A DNA stretch of 62,135 nt, the filler included, from Basidiobolus ranarum (lineage: Eukaryota): the NCBI GenBank assembly GCA_040143965.1. It is 17 parts of 17 records of this genome, joined end to end, with 100 filler letters (N's around TTAATTAATTAA, not from the genome) between each part and the next. Parts side by side here need not be neighbours in the genome. Positions count along the whole stretch, not along the records: positions 11,012 to 14,580 come from JASJQH010002409.1; positions 14,681 to 18,247 come from JASJQH010002410.1; positions 18,348 to 21,912 come from JASJQH010002411.1; positions 22,013 to 25,574 come from JASJQH010002412.1; 13 more parts are not named here. One strand, written 5' to 3'. This document shows positions 13,123 to 25,574 of the stretch, in pieces (the stretch's first letter is position 1; the number at the start of each line of letters is the position of its first letter). The notes beneath the pieces are model-generated. The model saw nothing but the letters and a program-made list of their open reading frames with translations, did no database searches and was not told the DNA's origin. Made by a program: the position numbers and the translations under genes.

Positions 13123-14580
13123 ATGCAGGAATTACCGAGGTAAGAGGACTATGATTTAAAGCAATGTGGTTGCTTAGCGGAGAGTAAAGAGGGAGACAGA
13201 TGCACTAAGCCTATATTTTGGTTTATCTCATTGTTTAGGAATTTCGAACGTCAAGTATGGCTTGAGCGGTTGGCCAGCCTACTTGAGCTAGACCAATTAC
13301 CATACATTGAGAGGTTGACTACCTTGTGGAGACATTCTGGCGTCTCAAGAAGTACTCTTACTGCTCAAACACAACAAATAGGTACACATTATAAATGTAA
13401 CTTTAATGTTTCTTTTACTCACTTTTATGATGTCAATTTGGCTGAAAGAGCGCCCAGGCTTAACGTACTGCAGAGATCCTTTCCAGGAGCCTCAGCTTCA
13501 TCAAGTATTTCACCATCTCGACAACATCGAACTTAGTAGGAAGATTCTTTTGCAATATCTGAGTACTGGAACGGTGAATATCGCAAGGTAAATTTCGATT
13601 CCAGCAGTAACATTAAATTTGCTGATATTTAACACTATTTCCAATATAATAAGAGATGGATTAGATTATGGTGATTTTGAGGGATTTGCTCTTGTTATCC
13701 TTTATCTTCAATATTTTCTTTTTCCTTCCCCTTCTGCAGAGTTGGAGGATGCCGTATCTAAAATCCAGAACCAGGTACAGTGTATTTCCTTTCTCATCTC
13801 TTACTTCTTCAATTCTGAGCGAAAGCTATCTAGGTGTGGCCGGTTAAATGCTACAAATTGAAGCAATCCACTTGGTCTTCTGCCTTTACCGAAGCGAACC
13901 TTCGAGTGTACAATTGTAAAAGTTCTATGGATGCAGATGGGTACTTAATATCTATAGAAAAAATTGCGATTGCCATATACTAACTGGATTCTACCTAGAA
14001 TATCTCAGAGCAACATCTACTTGAATGAATTGCTAGAGTTTATCCGCTTGCGCAAGCTTGAAGAAGGCGCCCTTCTTAGGTAGTTCTATGATATAACCAC
14101 AAGCTCCATTGCACCCTTGCCAGTCATTAATAACATTCCTAACTTAAGCTCCTCCAAACTCTCCAATGAGGATTTACAGAAACTTGGAAAGGCTTTGGCC
14201 TCTTGTTTCTTTGCAGTCATAGAGTTTGCTGGAAATAGCGATTGGATAGTATGTCATTCGACAGTTTATTCTATTTCTTAAGTTAATGGAGACTAAACGG
14301 TTAGTCTACTAGGTGGTCCAAAACTTGCAAGTCTTGAGCAAAAATGGTGCTAGACTGCCGGGCTCCTGGTACACTTCTGAGTTTCTTTCGACTACCAAGA
14401 ATCTAGCAGAGAGGTTTTCTACTCCACAGTCAGCTCATTCAACGCGTGGGCTGAGCTATTTATTTGACTTGTGGGCATTTTGGCTACTGAGTTTACTAAA
14501 TTAATTATCTTGCTTTCATTATATCTACGACCACTCGGTTTATATTTGGATACTTCTCTAGGCAGAAATGAGCACGGGGA
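13123..14580 (+). CDS. Hypothetical multi-exon protein, 3' truncated
   Basis: ATG 13123, GTAAG donor 13140 and TTTAG acceptor 13238 join in frame (MQELPR/NFERQVWLERLASLL). Further short GT-AG introns follow, with normal CpG content. Confidence 0.6.
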
Positions 14581-14680
14581 NNNNNNNNNNNNNNNNNNNN
14601 NNNNNNNNNNNNNNNNNNNNNNNNTTAATTAATTAANNNNNNNNNNNNNNNNNNNNNNNNNNNNNNNNNNNNNNNNNNNN

Positions 14681-17180
14681 GAATGTGTTTGGTAAAGAGC
14701 TGAAAATATATCCAACCAACAAAGCATTCAATCTGGACCAATACCTTTTCAAATTCTCCCACAACTCGGTAATTATTTCTTCAACGATATCGGGTCTTGT
14801 CTGTTTCAACTGTTCAAATCCCATTGCAATCATATTCAGAGGGTTCATGGCATCCGGGTTTCTCTCCTTCACCTATCAGGATTAGGGAGTTAATACGAGC
14901 TCTTGATTCTCTGCTCAAAGCGAGCAATACATAACAATAACACAACCTTCACAACAGTGGGAAGCACAACGTAGTTTGTAAGATTCCGTCCTGTCTCTTC
15001 TAATTCGTTCATATTTTTACTGCGATTTTCGTCATCTTCTCCTGGTAACTGGAAATTTGCTGGCTTCACCGTTTCAGACCTGCGAATATTAAAGAATTAT
15101 ACATCAACAAACAACCATATGGAACTCGACAAACTGAAAATAATTCATGAAAATGGCTCTTACCAATCTCCAATAGCACTTGTGGCATCATAGAATTTCT
15201 CAATTTCTGCCAAGGAAATAGTGGCTTCGGATATAACGGAAGTCTAAATCACACCATGAGAACTCCAGTAAATCAATAGTTCAGTTATCTTAATATATGG
15301 GTAGCAGAGTATTTACCCTAGTCCCAGGGCCCAATTCTTTGACAGTTTTGTGAGTCATCTTTATAGTATCGAAATCCCAAGACATGTAATAGTTTTCCTC
15401 CGTTTCTAAGGTACTGGAGTTCATTTTAAGCGACCATATCATGTACAGTAGATTCGTTTGATATCAAAAGTGAACTTACGGTGTACGCCAGCTTTCTGCA
15501 AAAGAGTCGTCTTCATTCTCCATGATTTTCCATTGTTCAAACTGTTCAATCAGTTCTTGAAGACTAGCAACCCCTTTTCGTGCATTCGTGATAAATGGAT
15601 GTTTGAGCAACTCTTTGGCTGAGGGTCTCTATCGGTGATGGAATGGTAAGTATGAAGCCATGATCGTGAGAATGATGAATTCTTACTTCATTGGGGTTTT
15701 TGATAAGACACTGAGAAACAAAATCTTTGAAATCGGCTGAGAATTTCCCTTCCAACACTGGTGGCTTATTCTTTGGTATCATGAAAAGGACACGCATAGG
15801 ATGATGATCAGCGAAAGGTGGTTGTCCCTTTGCCATTTCAATAGCAGTAATACCAAGCGACCAAATGTCTGCCTATATTCGAGAAGGATTATTAATGGGT
15901 ATTTACTTCCTAAGTCATTTGCAAACAGTGCATAGCTTACCTTCGCATCATAGCCAGTTTGTTGAATGACCTCAGGTGCCATCCAAAACTATTGTGTCAT
16001 ATATAGTAAAGTCAATTTACATGAACTAAATTGATTTGAAGAAATCACTAGGTGAACGTACTGGAGTTCCTACGAAGGTTCGACGTTTACTTTTCTGATG
16101 TGCTAACTGTGCCGCAACACCGAAATCGGCTGTTCAGATAGCGTTAGTTCTGGATTACACTTGCACAAGAATGAACCGAAGGCTGGAATATCTTACCTAG
16201 CTTTACGCTACCAATTGCTGAAAGCAAGATATTTGCACCTGAAATGGCAAAAATAGTTACACTCAGGAATAAAAGCCAACATTGCAAAAATGAGAAACTC
16301 CCTACATTTGATATCTCGATGTATTTTTCCTTCTGAGTGCAAATAATCCAGACCCATCAAAAGTTCGCGGACGGTTACAGCAATCAGCGGTTCTGGAAAT
16401 GGACCTGGTTTAAGCTACAAAGATAGTCAGCCTTTGTGATAAAGAAGATTCGTTGCTTAGCTCTAATACAAAAGCTGAAGGGCATTCGACTTTTTAGGAA
16501 CTTGCGATTTCATTATGGCACTGATAAGCATTGCAATTGATCTTAAGAGTATATAAGAAGGAGAATTTACCAAATCTAAACACGACCCGCCAGACATGTA
16601 TTCCATTACTAATAAGGAAATAGTTAGCACTGTTATAAAGCTACCGCTTAAGCTTACACTTTGAGAAACTCCAAGCGATATAAAAATATCGTCCGTATCT
16701 CAGCATACTTGCCGAGCAAAGTTAAAGCAGTAAAAAAACATACCAATCCAGAGCTTAAAACCTTTCACATATGATTGATAATACCGTGTGATGTAGTCAG
16801 AATCGCATTGTGATAGCAAAGCAATCTCTTGTTGTATGTCACTTATATCATCCTCAGCAGTTTCCAAGTCAATCTTCTTTATAGCCACCAATTGTTTGGT
16901 TTCATTGTGTATTCTTTAATAGAACATAGAGCACGTGGCATAAGAAAATGTGAACTGTTATGAGATGAAACCGCTTTTGTTGAAATCATTTACCCTTTAT
17001 AAACGGTGCCAAAGGAGCCGCTTCCAAGTTTCTCTAACACAGTGTAGATCTTGTCAGGGTCAGTCTCGACATTCTGTTGAGTAATTGTGGGAGAAAGAGA
17101 AACATTATAGCATTAGAAAACAAATGTAATCCATGTCCATTTGAATGGTCAAAAGTACAAAGTTTTACCGAAGTCAGCAT
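14681..17180 (-). CDS. STE20-family GCK-III Ser/Thr kinase (STK24/25- or Sid1-like), multi-exon, 3' end at contig edge
   Basis: [70 protein letters not shown]. Confidence 0.93.
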
Positions 17181-18494
17181 GGCTACCTCTACGACAGTTT
17201 ATGGGGAGAATATAGTTCCACTTGATATCAACAAAGGAGAACAAAAATCGTAAACTAGAGTAGAGTCAGAAGTTCAAACAAACAAATGGGCAAGGATTAG
17301 GTTGGACAATATAAGAGGCAGACAAGCTGAAAAGCTATGTTTTTTATGTTTCTTCGAAATAATCGACGAAAAAAAATACCGGGAAGTTTCAACTCCACAT
17401 ATTCCAAAAAGCATGTCAGGTCACTCATTTTGTATTAAAGCCGTATCCAGTAGGGAATGAATGGAAATGAAATCATGACTGTCTCACCTAAACTGTATTC
17501 TACTTGACTGAGTACCTGTTATTAATGATCGGGATATCCTTATTATGAGCCACAGAATATAATGATTAAGGTTTGCGGTGGGTTAGATGCCGTCCAATCA
17601 TTTCAACTGTTAGGTATTTTGAATCACCTTTGTGGCTTTGGTTGTGTTTGAGGAGATACAACCGTAAATGCTTTAACAAACCCAACTTCCGCTCACAACT
17701 GGCGTGCATTTAATATTTCGACAAATGCAATCGATCCGATTGTTTCTGGGCCCCAGACACTCCGCCTGAAACCAGGGTAAAGGTGACTGCTGAGGACACA
17801 CTAGCCATCATCAGGCCATAGAGATCCAGCTATTCAAAGGGCTGGTGGCCAGATACTGGCTGGCAGATTGCTAATTCATAATCATGACATGCCATTTCTT
17901 CCGCATGGATACACAAATTTAGCATATGCCTCATTTATTTCTTCCCAATCCCGTCGTACTCGTTTATTGGCCAGCTACTGATTGGACTATATCGTATTTA
18001 TTACGGCGTTTGCAATCACAAGTGTCAAACGACGAGTGCTTCAAAAGGTGAGCTTTGGATGGAAGTGGAGTGTGACGTACTGGCAAGGCAGAATCTTGCA
18101 TGTATGTAACTGATATATTGCGCTATGGTTTGTTAGATCAGTCTTCACCATGACACCATGAAGAGGCAAACTCGCTCTCCTTAAAGTGTCTCCAGTAATC
18201 CCGTGCGACTGACAATACGTAATATACATATATGGGATATGAATAACNNNNNNNNNNNNNNNNNNNNNNNNNNNNNNNNNNNNNNNNNNNNTTAATTAAT
18301 TAANNNNNNNNNNNNNNNNNNNNNNNNNNNNNNNNNNNNNNNNNNNNAGCCCTTCGATGCAGCCCTTCCCTCGATACCGTTGAATCTAATCAAGAAAGTA
18401 ACCAACTCATGGCCGGATCAAAGTTCCGAAATCGATAAATATTAGTAATGGTTTTATTTGCGATGTATTCCGGTATAGATGCCTCAATTGGTGT

Positions 18495-19581
18495 TTATGG
18501 TAATTCGGAGGAAACAAGAGGAACAAGGACAAGTTGCTCCTCTTCGTCACGGAAATGTCTGTTGATAGGTTGTTCCATTTGTTTGTTGCTAATGGGGATA
18601 ATGTGTTCACGGTTTTTGTTACATCTGGCTACTTTGAAGTCTTCCGGTATATCGTCGATCTCCTATTGGATTGATAAGTGGAATGCGTTTAAAATACATG
18701 GTTATTAATAAATATACTATACCGAGACAATCATTTCTACCGCTTTGGAGATACTGGACGAGGGTGAGATAAAGATCGCTCCCAATACTCTATGGGATTC
18801 TTTACATTTCAGGCTTACAATTAGCTCCTTGATAGAGTTATCTGTGCTTACAGAGGCTTTGAGAAATATTAGTATAATACATCAAGAGAAGGGAAATATT
18901 GCATTGATATTACTTTCACTGGTAGTTGTGTTTGGAACTGGTTGAGCAGTGGGTGGTGCTTTTACTTCAGTGATAGTTTCCTCTACTTTGGAAGTTAAAG
19001 CTTGTTCCAACTTTTCAAAAGGGATCTTCACCTTAGGTTCTACCACATCGTCAGGAATTGACCACAATTTCCCAAGATCTGGAGTGGATATATAGTTGGG
19101 TACAAATTTGGTTTCTTCTGTAGATTTAGTTGTCTCTTCCTCATTAGGGGCCACTATAAGGGTAAAAGTCAGACTAGTTATTAAAAAAATCATATTCAAA
19201 TAAAGTTGGGAGAAGTGACTCTTATAATTATACATACAACCAAATGCTTCGCGAACAGCATTCGTGGTGGCTAAATCCATGGCAGTTTGGCCTTTGTTGT
19301 TTTTTATACTGGTATCAGCTTGATTCAACAAAAGTAACTTGACAATAGGTGCCTGATTACGATGGGAAGCCCAATGAAGTGGTGACCTATCATATGTTTA
19401 TATCGGTTCGTTTAATATTGAAATGGCTAAAACATGAAACTTAAATAACTCTATTCACTTACCAACCATTGATTTTGTTCACTGAGTTAACATTGACACC
19501 ATTTCGAAGGTAAAGATAGACAGCTTTGAAATTACCGATGGCTGCCATTTCCCTTAGGGATTCTTCACGTTCGTCCAACAT
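18495..19581 (-). CDS. Ankyrin-repeat protein, ANKRD40-like (multi-exon)
   Basis: MLDEREESLREMAAIGN...GVNVNSVNKINGW/SPLHWASHRN...LLLNQADTSIKNNKGQTAMDLA, an FVPNYI motif, and last exon ending VSSELP*. Confidence 0.82.
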
Positions 19582-19895
19582 AATACTTCTCGTCACGAAA
19601 CGCTTTTTTTATCAATAGTTCAGAATTCTAGTTAACTCTCAAGGTGCAGGTTAAAAAATATTTGGTCAATATCTAAATAATCGACTGAGATGGATATGTA
19701 CTTGTGGTATAAATATATCTTGAATCATATTTAGATCTTTTTAGTCGACATCAAATACAATAATCAGCTCAGAATGTTCACTTAGGGTTAGGGCAGATGT
19801 AGATTGAAACAGGTAGATGATTTGCAGGTAAAGTTTATTAATTACCTGGACAGAGCATTTGGAATCAATTATGTTAGATTAGAAACCAAGTTTCA

Positions 19896-21429
19896 TTATA
19901 TACAATAATTCCAATATCCAGCAAATATGATTGCTATCCCATTTAGTATAGTGAGGGGATTGAGCAGAGGTTTCCCGTCACTTGACTTACTATTGCTGTT
20001 GCCACTGGTGCTTGGAGTTGGTTCTGGATTAACTAAACTTGTTGCCATCGGTGGTTGTGACGTACTTGTAGCACTTTGTTGCGAACTAGCGGAGTCAAGT
20101 GGTATTTGGCCATCATTAGCATTAGGTGGATTGTGTAAGTGAGCAGAACTGTTCTGGGTTCCATTTCCATCCTTCGCAGCCTACAATGAGATTAGTAAGT
20201 AAATATTAGATATTTACCAAAGAAAAAGAAAACTTACCACAGCAAATCCGATTCTCGGCGAGTCACTCATATCAAATGCAGTGTAAAATGCTCTCAAGAA
20301 TACATCACCCATAATCCACATCGTCTTCATAGAGAATACTGTTAGTAACTATTGATACGAGTATTCATATGCAACAACGTACTTCTTGTGATCCTGCGGA
20401 CGCAAACCCAGATATGCAAGTGTCATCTTCCTGAAAGAGATACTGTTCAGGTGACAGCGAGAACTGCAAGCCTCCAAGCGTAATTTCAACCGTAGGTAGG
20501 CCTGAGCAACTAAGTTGATATAACCCTGACCCCAAGGCAATTCCCCCAAGAGCACTATTGATAGCTTCAGCATCAGAATCAGGTATAATGATCAAACTGG
20601 TACCTGTATCGATGACAGCAATGTTGGAAACGGGGCTGATTGATGTACCATTAACTGAAAAATCGTTCAGATCAACTGACCAGTAATTTTGTTCATAGAC
20701 ATCAATCCAAGATAAAGATCCCATATAATGGTTGGGGTCAAGGCCACCGAAAGTAACCTGCCCATTATTTGGATATCCACCCAGCCACACACCGAACATG
20801 GTTGAGTTCACCAATTTCTCATCGATCATGTTGTAGAAGGGTGGCTTCACATGCATTCCACTAATACTAAGGAATCCCATGCCCATAACTCCATCAGCTG
20901 TAATGTCTGCAAAGGTGCTCGATTCTTTCAAAGTCAGGCCAAATTGTTGGTTGGGAATGATTTTCCCAGCGATAGTGCACACATCTTGGGAAATAAGACC
21001 GCTGGCGCTACCAGTGCCGTACTCGAGGCTAAAGCTACCACCAAGTCGATGGTATGTTGAGGATTTAGCAGCGTTAAAGTTGCGATGAGTGTGACATGCA
21101 AACGATATACATTTTGAAGATGGTACCCAGAGATCGGAGCTACCAGTGTCAAAAATTACATTGAACTTCTGTGGAGGAGTTCCGATAGTGATTTCTCCAA
21201 AATAACTCAAGTCGTAGCTATTTGACAGTTGAAATGATCCATTTCGTTTGTGTAAATGAGTGCTATTTTTGATATGGTCGTACTTATACTGGAGTTGAAC
21301 AACCGACAGCTCCAATTGGCTGCGAAAGTTCTTTGAGGGCCGATTTGAAGTGAGGTCCATACGAGCCAAGTCATCACATAGTATCTCTACCGCGAGACAG
21401 AATGAGCATAATAGGCGTAAAGATTTCAT
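19896..21429 (-). CDS. Secreted pepsin-family (A1) aspartic protease with Ser/Thr-rich tail
   Basis: FDTGSSDLW and IDTGTSL catalytic motifs, YGTGS flap, WIMGDVFLRAFYTAFD in exon 2, two 3' introns. Confidence 0.95.
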
Positions 21430-22014
21430 GCAAGTACAGTGTTTACAGTGAGCGATTTAACAGTTCCGGCTGCCTTAGAGAGGAGAGAAATTTAGTAATT
21501 GGATCCGAATACATCACTTATATATTGGAATATACATCATGGAATATACATCACTTGCCTGGTGGATTTACTGCTCGACGATACAGGTACGAAGTATTAA
21601 GCACTGATCTAGATGCTATAATCGATGATAAAGCCGATTTAGTCACTGGACATCCCAACTTTCCTGTTTTATCCGATCGCTAGCTCAAACAAGTGAATCA
21701 AGATCCGGCCTGGAAAAACATTATTGCGCTTTACACGAAAAGCTGGAATAGCATCATTATAATAGCATCATTATTGATCCTTAATGTATTGATGTTGGCT
21801 GCTATACATCTTCCATATGTCTTCCCTTAGTATGGAGAATGGATTTTGATGTAGATTCAATATAACATTTATCAATGAGTGTTTATCCAGTGAGTATATT
21901 GAGCAAATTCTTNNNNNNNNNNNNNNNNNNNNNNNNNNNNNNNNNNNNNNNNNNNNTTAATTAATTAANNNNNNNNNNNNNNNNNNNNNNNNNNNNNNNN
22001 NNNNNNNNNNNNCT

Positions 22015-22296
22015 GGGCACCATATTGACTGGTCTGGGGATGCTTCATCCTGGCCCAATAAAGCTAGAAAGGCTACAGGATGGGTGGTATCAAGTAGGCC
22101 TCAAGTCCCATCTATTATCGTGATCCCACCTGGAGCTCAAGGATCAGGCAATCCAGGACATGTTGCAATAGTGGAGGAAGTCAACTCCGATGGATCTGTT
22201 TATACAAGCAATTTCAACTACAATGGCGGTCCGTACAAAAAAACGTATGCCGACTTTCACACTGGCGAAGGTGTATACTTCATATGGCATGAATAA
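22015..22296 (+). CDS. CHAP-domain (Cys/His amidohydrolase) protein, C-terminal part
   Basis: WSGDASSW...GWVVSSRPQVPSII...GHVAIVEEVNSDGSVYTSNFNY matches the CHAP pattern (GNAxxW, GHVAxVE, SxxNY). The catalytic Cys lies beyond the contig edge. Confidence 0.85.
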   Translation, partial: GHHIDWSGDASSWPNKARKATGWVVSSRPQVPSIIVIPPGAQGSGNPGHVAIVEEVNSDGSVYTSNFNYNGGPYKKTYADFHTGEGVYFIWHE

Positions 22297-24036
22297 CATA
22301 CCTCCCTAATATATACCGGAATTCTTGGTAGTAGCCTATATTTCAGTTCAATGCATGGCCCAGTAAGTAGTATCAGCATTAGTAGATCAAGTATTTTAAT
22401 TTGTTGCGAATAAAGTTAGATAATCAACAGTACAATAGGTAGAAGATGAATCACGTGAGTTGTATGAAAGCAGGATACCACAAATATGCTTCATCCAAAT
22501 GATCTTTCAAAACCCATTAGCTCAGTTAGAATAGAGATGCAGCGCTACTGAATAGCAGAGAATCTGTTGTGTCATATCATGGTCAATCAAAGAAGTTGAA
22601 TGATCTGGCTCAAATTAAACCAGAGCTGGTCCTGAGTATAGTTACCTTCTAATCTATTAATAGAAATACCTGTTTCCGTCATTCAATATATTGGACCAAT
22701 TATCAGGCCAAGATGACGTTAGTTGACTTCCAAAAATAGCAGATCCTCCTTACTCCTGTTGACTTCATCAACAATGCATTTATACATTACTTATGCTTGC
22801 TACACGATACGGCATTGGAGAAGATCGAACGCGTCATTACACTACCTACTTCGGAAATAATATCGTGTGTAAATGCTACTCTCCATAATTGGCTTACTAT
22901 CCAGTTTTCATGAAGCATTGTGTAAGCCATTTGGCTCTTATTGGGAAATCAAATGACTCAATGTAGTACTTGAGGGGCTACTCCAATAACCTCATGGTAT
23001 GCTATATTTCACGCCTAGCAGCATCTTGTTCTGTTCTCGATCATGAATATCCACAACCTAGCAACCGTTTCGGCTCAGGAATCCAAGTTATTAAGCGGTT
23101 GTTACAAACTTGACTAATGCAGGAAATCTTTTGCTTTCGAAGTCAGCCACGGAGCCCGAGTTATTTACTTGATGTTGAGCCTAAAAACATTTCCTAGAAG
23201 ATAAGCTGTGGTAGCAATATTCGATAAGCTGCAGTAACAGTATTCCATCGAGAACCGAAACGGATTCAACCTTGTTCTATCTCAATTTAGAATGGGTATC
23301 AAAGCTACTTGTAAGTCTATACACAGCCCTGCATTTTAAAGAATTACTGTTGCAAAAATATAGGAAGAAATATTCTTCATACATTTGGCTATTGAGAATA
23401 TACTCTATATATATACAAGTATATGGATATTTTTTGATTGCTTCAGAAATATGATAGTTATACTGTCAATAGAAATGAAATGGATAATCTGCTACTTGCA
23501 TGAGAGAATGTAAAAGTGAGGAAGCAATTGTATTTTGCTTACGCATGTTTACTCCATTTACGTGGATACATAATGGCCATCTATCTTGGGTTATTATCCT
23601 ATGCAAAGCTTATTCTCTGTATATTATGCTCTAGTTAAGTTTGTATAACCTTGTTCATTTAATATAGCATGCTCTTAGAATGATTAGAAATATGAATTGG
23701 GTGAAAGGCCCTTTTTAGACTTCATACTTTGAAACCTCCAAAAGCCATATTTGGAGTTAAGAAACAGTAATGACTATTTAGGTTAAGTAGTAAAGATGGC
23801 AGTTTAATAAGCTCAGGTATGCAAGTCAAATCTGTCAATTACTTGACTGAGCTTCAAAGTTGCCCACTGTAATGAAATATATATTCCAGAATAAGAAGAG
23901 TGACTGTATTGTATATATCATAGTAGGCTTGGGAATGGTTGTCACAGTTTTTATTATGGTAAAAGTTAACTTATTATTTTACCTTCAAAATTTTTCACGA
24001 TACTCAATGAGGGTAATCAATGATATTCATGGAGAA

Positions 24037-25574
24037 TTAGTTCTTTTTGTCAAGAGTCCAGATAGGCTGAATATCTACAGGAACAGTCTTCAATTTCTCG
24101 AGTGCCTTGGCAGTGTGATCCTTCATGACTCCGTAGGTGTTTAAGAAAGTGGTAGCTTTGGCTTTATCACCTTCACCTTGAATGGTCATGATATCCTTAA
24201 CAAGAGATGCAACTGAGGTTTCAATCTTGGTGAAGTCAACGCTGAATTTTTCAGAAGCAGTGTCATAAATAAAGCCACCCTTCTCGATAAGATAATTAAG
24301 TTGAGCAGCTTGACCACGACCATGAGCTTCATTCAAACCGAAACGGATAGAACGGAAGGAGCTGGCAAGGAAAGTGGTGTAGAAACTTTCCATAGTTATA
24401 TTGGGGAAAAGGTTTTTTCCAGAAAGGTACTTGGCAGCGAATAGACCAGTGATATCTGCTTTAGCTTCTTCAAGAGTCGAGTGCAATTCCTGAAGCTTTG
24501 ATCTGATAGGTACAGGGTTAGCGCCGATAGTGAGGTGGGGTCCGTTAGAGTGAGATACTTCATGAAGAAGAACATGGTTGAAGAAAGCTTCAAATTGAAC
24601 ATGCTTAAGCTGATCTGCGTTAAGGACTGTTTCGGCAATAGGTTTCAATGTGCTTTCAAATTTACGTTCTTGAACATTTTTAATGATGACCAATTTGGAA
24701 CCACCTTTGGCGATAGCATCTTCATCGTTGGGCAAGTTATAGGCGGCAGTCATGGGAACAGCAACATCACCTCCGTTGTAAATTTCGTTGACGACAACGA
24801 TAGGAGTGGCCTTCAAGTTTTTATTCTTGAAATCGTCAGGAATTGGTAATTGAGCTTCAACATCAGGTAGTGAATCCTCAAATTTTTTAAGGAGACTAGA
24901 TGATTGGAAGTCACGAGCATGAATGAACATCTCGAAAGCAGACTTGTAGGAGTTTAAGCCATCAGTGTAAGTCTCATAAGGACCAACAGTGACTTCTAAC
25001 TTGCTCTCGGGACTGATTTTCAACCATGCAAGCTCACTTTCAATATATTCATTAGTGATGAAACTCTTACCACGAAGAGAAAGGAACTTTTTAAGAGATG
25101 CATCCTGAACCAAAAGAGCTGCCTCTTGCATAAGAACGGCAGCAGGAACCAGTAAATCTCTATATTCTTTGGAGAAAGGTACAAGAGTTAATTTGCCTTG
25201 TTTGTTACGGCGAACCACATGGTAAAAGCCTTTAGCTTTCTTTTGATCAGCAGCTGATAAGGTGGCAACCCAGGTTTCAAATTCTTCTTTCGTCATATCT
25301 TGAGGATAAAAGTTGGCATTTGTGAGATGCTCGGGGACACCTTGAATAAAGCGTTCATTCTCTGAAATTCTGTCCCATGGGCCCTTGAAGAGATCGAATA
25401 ATTTGAGTAAATCAGGATTCTTCTTCTTGACTAGACAATCGCGTAAAGCCTCGTTTTGGGACCATGCTTGACGAAGATAGAGTTTATCCAAAATGTGAGC
25501 AACCTTTTGGAGCTTAGAAACAGCAAGCTTCTCTCTTTTCGATAAGCCGGAAAGCTCAGCTCCCAATTCTACAG
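24037..25574 (-). CDS. Peptidase family M49 (DPP III-like, HEXXH type as in plant NUDT3 and some bacteria), 5' truncated, no introns seen
   Basis: GPYETYTD, AYNLPNDE, GSKLVIIKNV, HEVSHSNGP, LEEAKAD, RSIRFG. Frame is open to the contig end. Confidence 0.9.

Noticed and set aside
22013..25574. Bacterial contaminant contig
   Set aside because: The 1.7-kb AT-rich non-coding gap and base composition match the other fungal contigs. Not fully excluded without coverage data.
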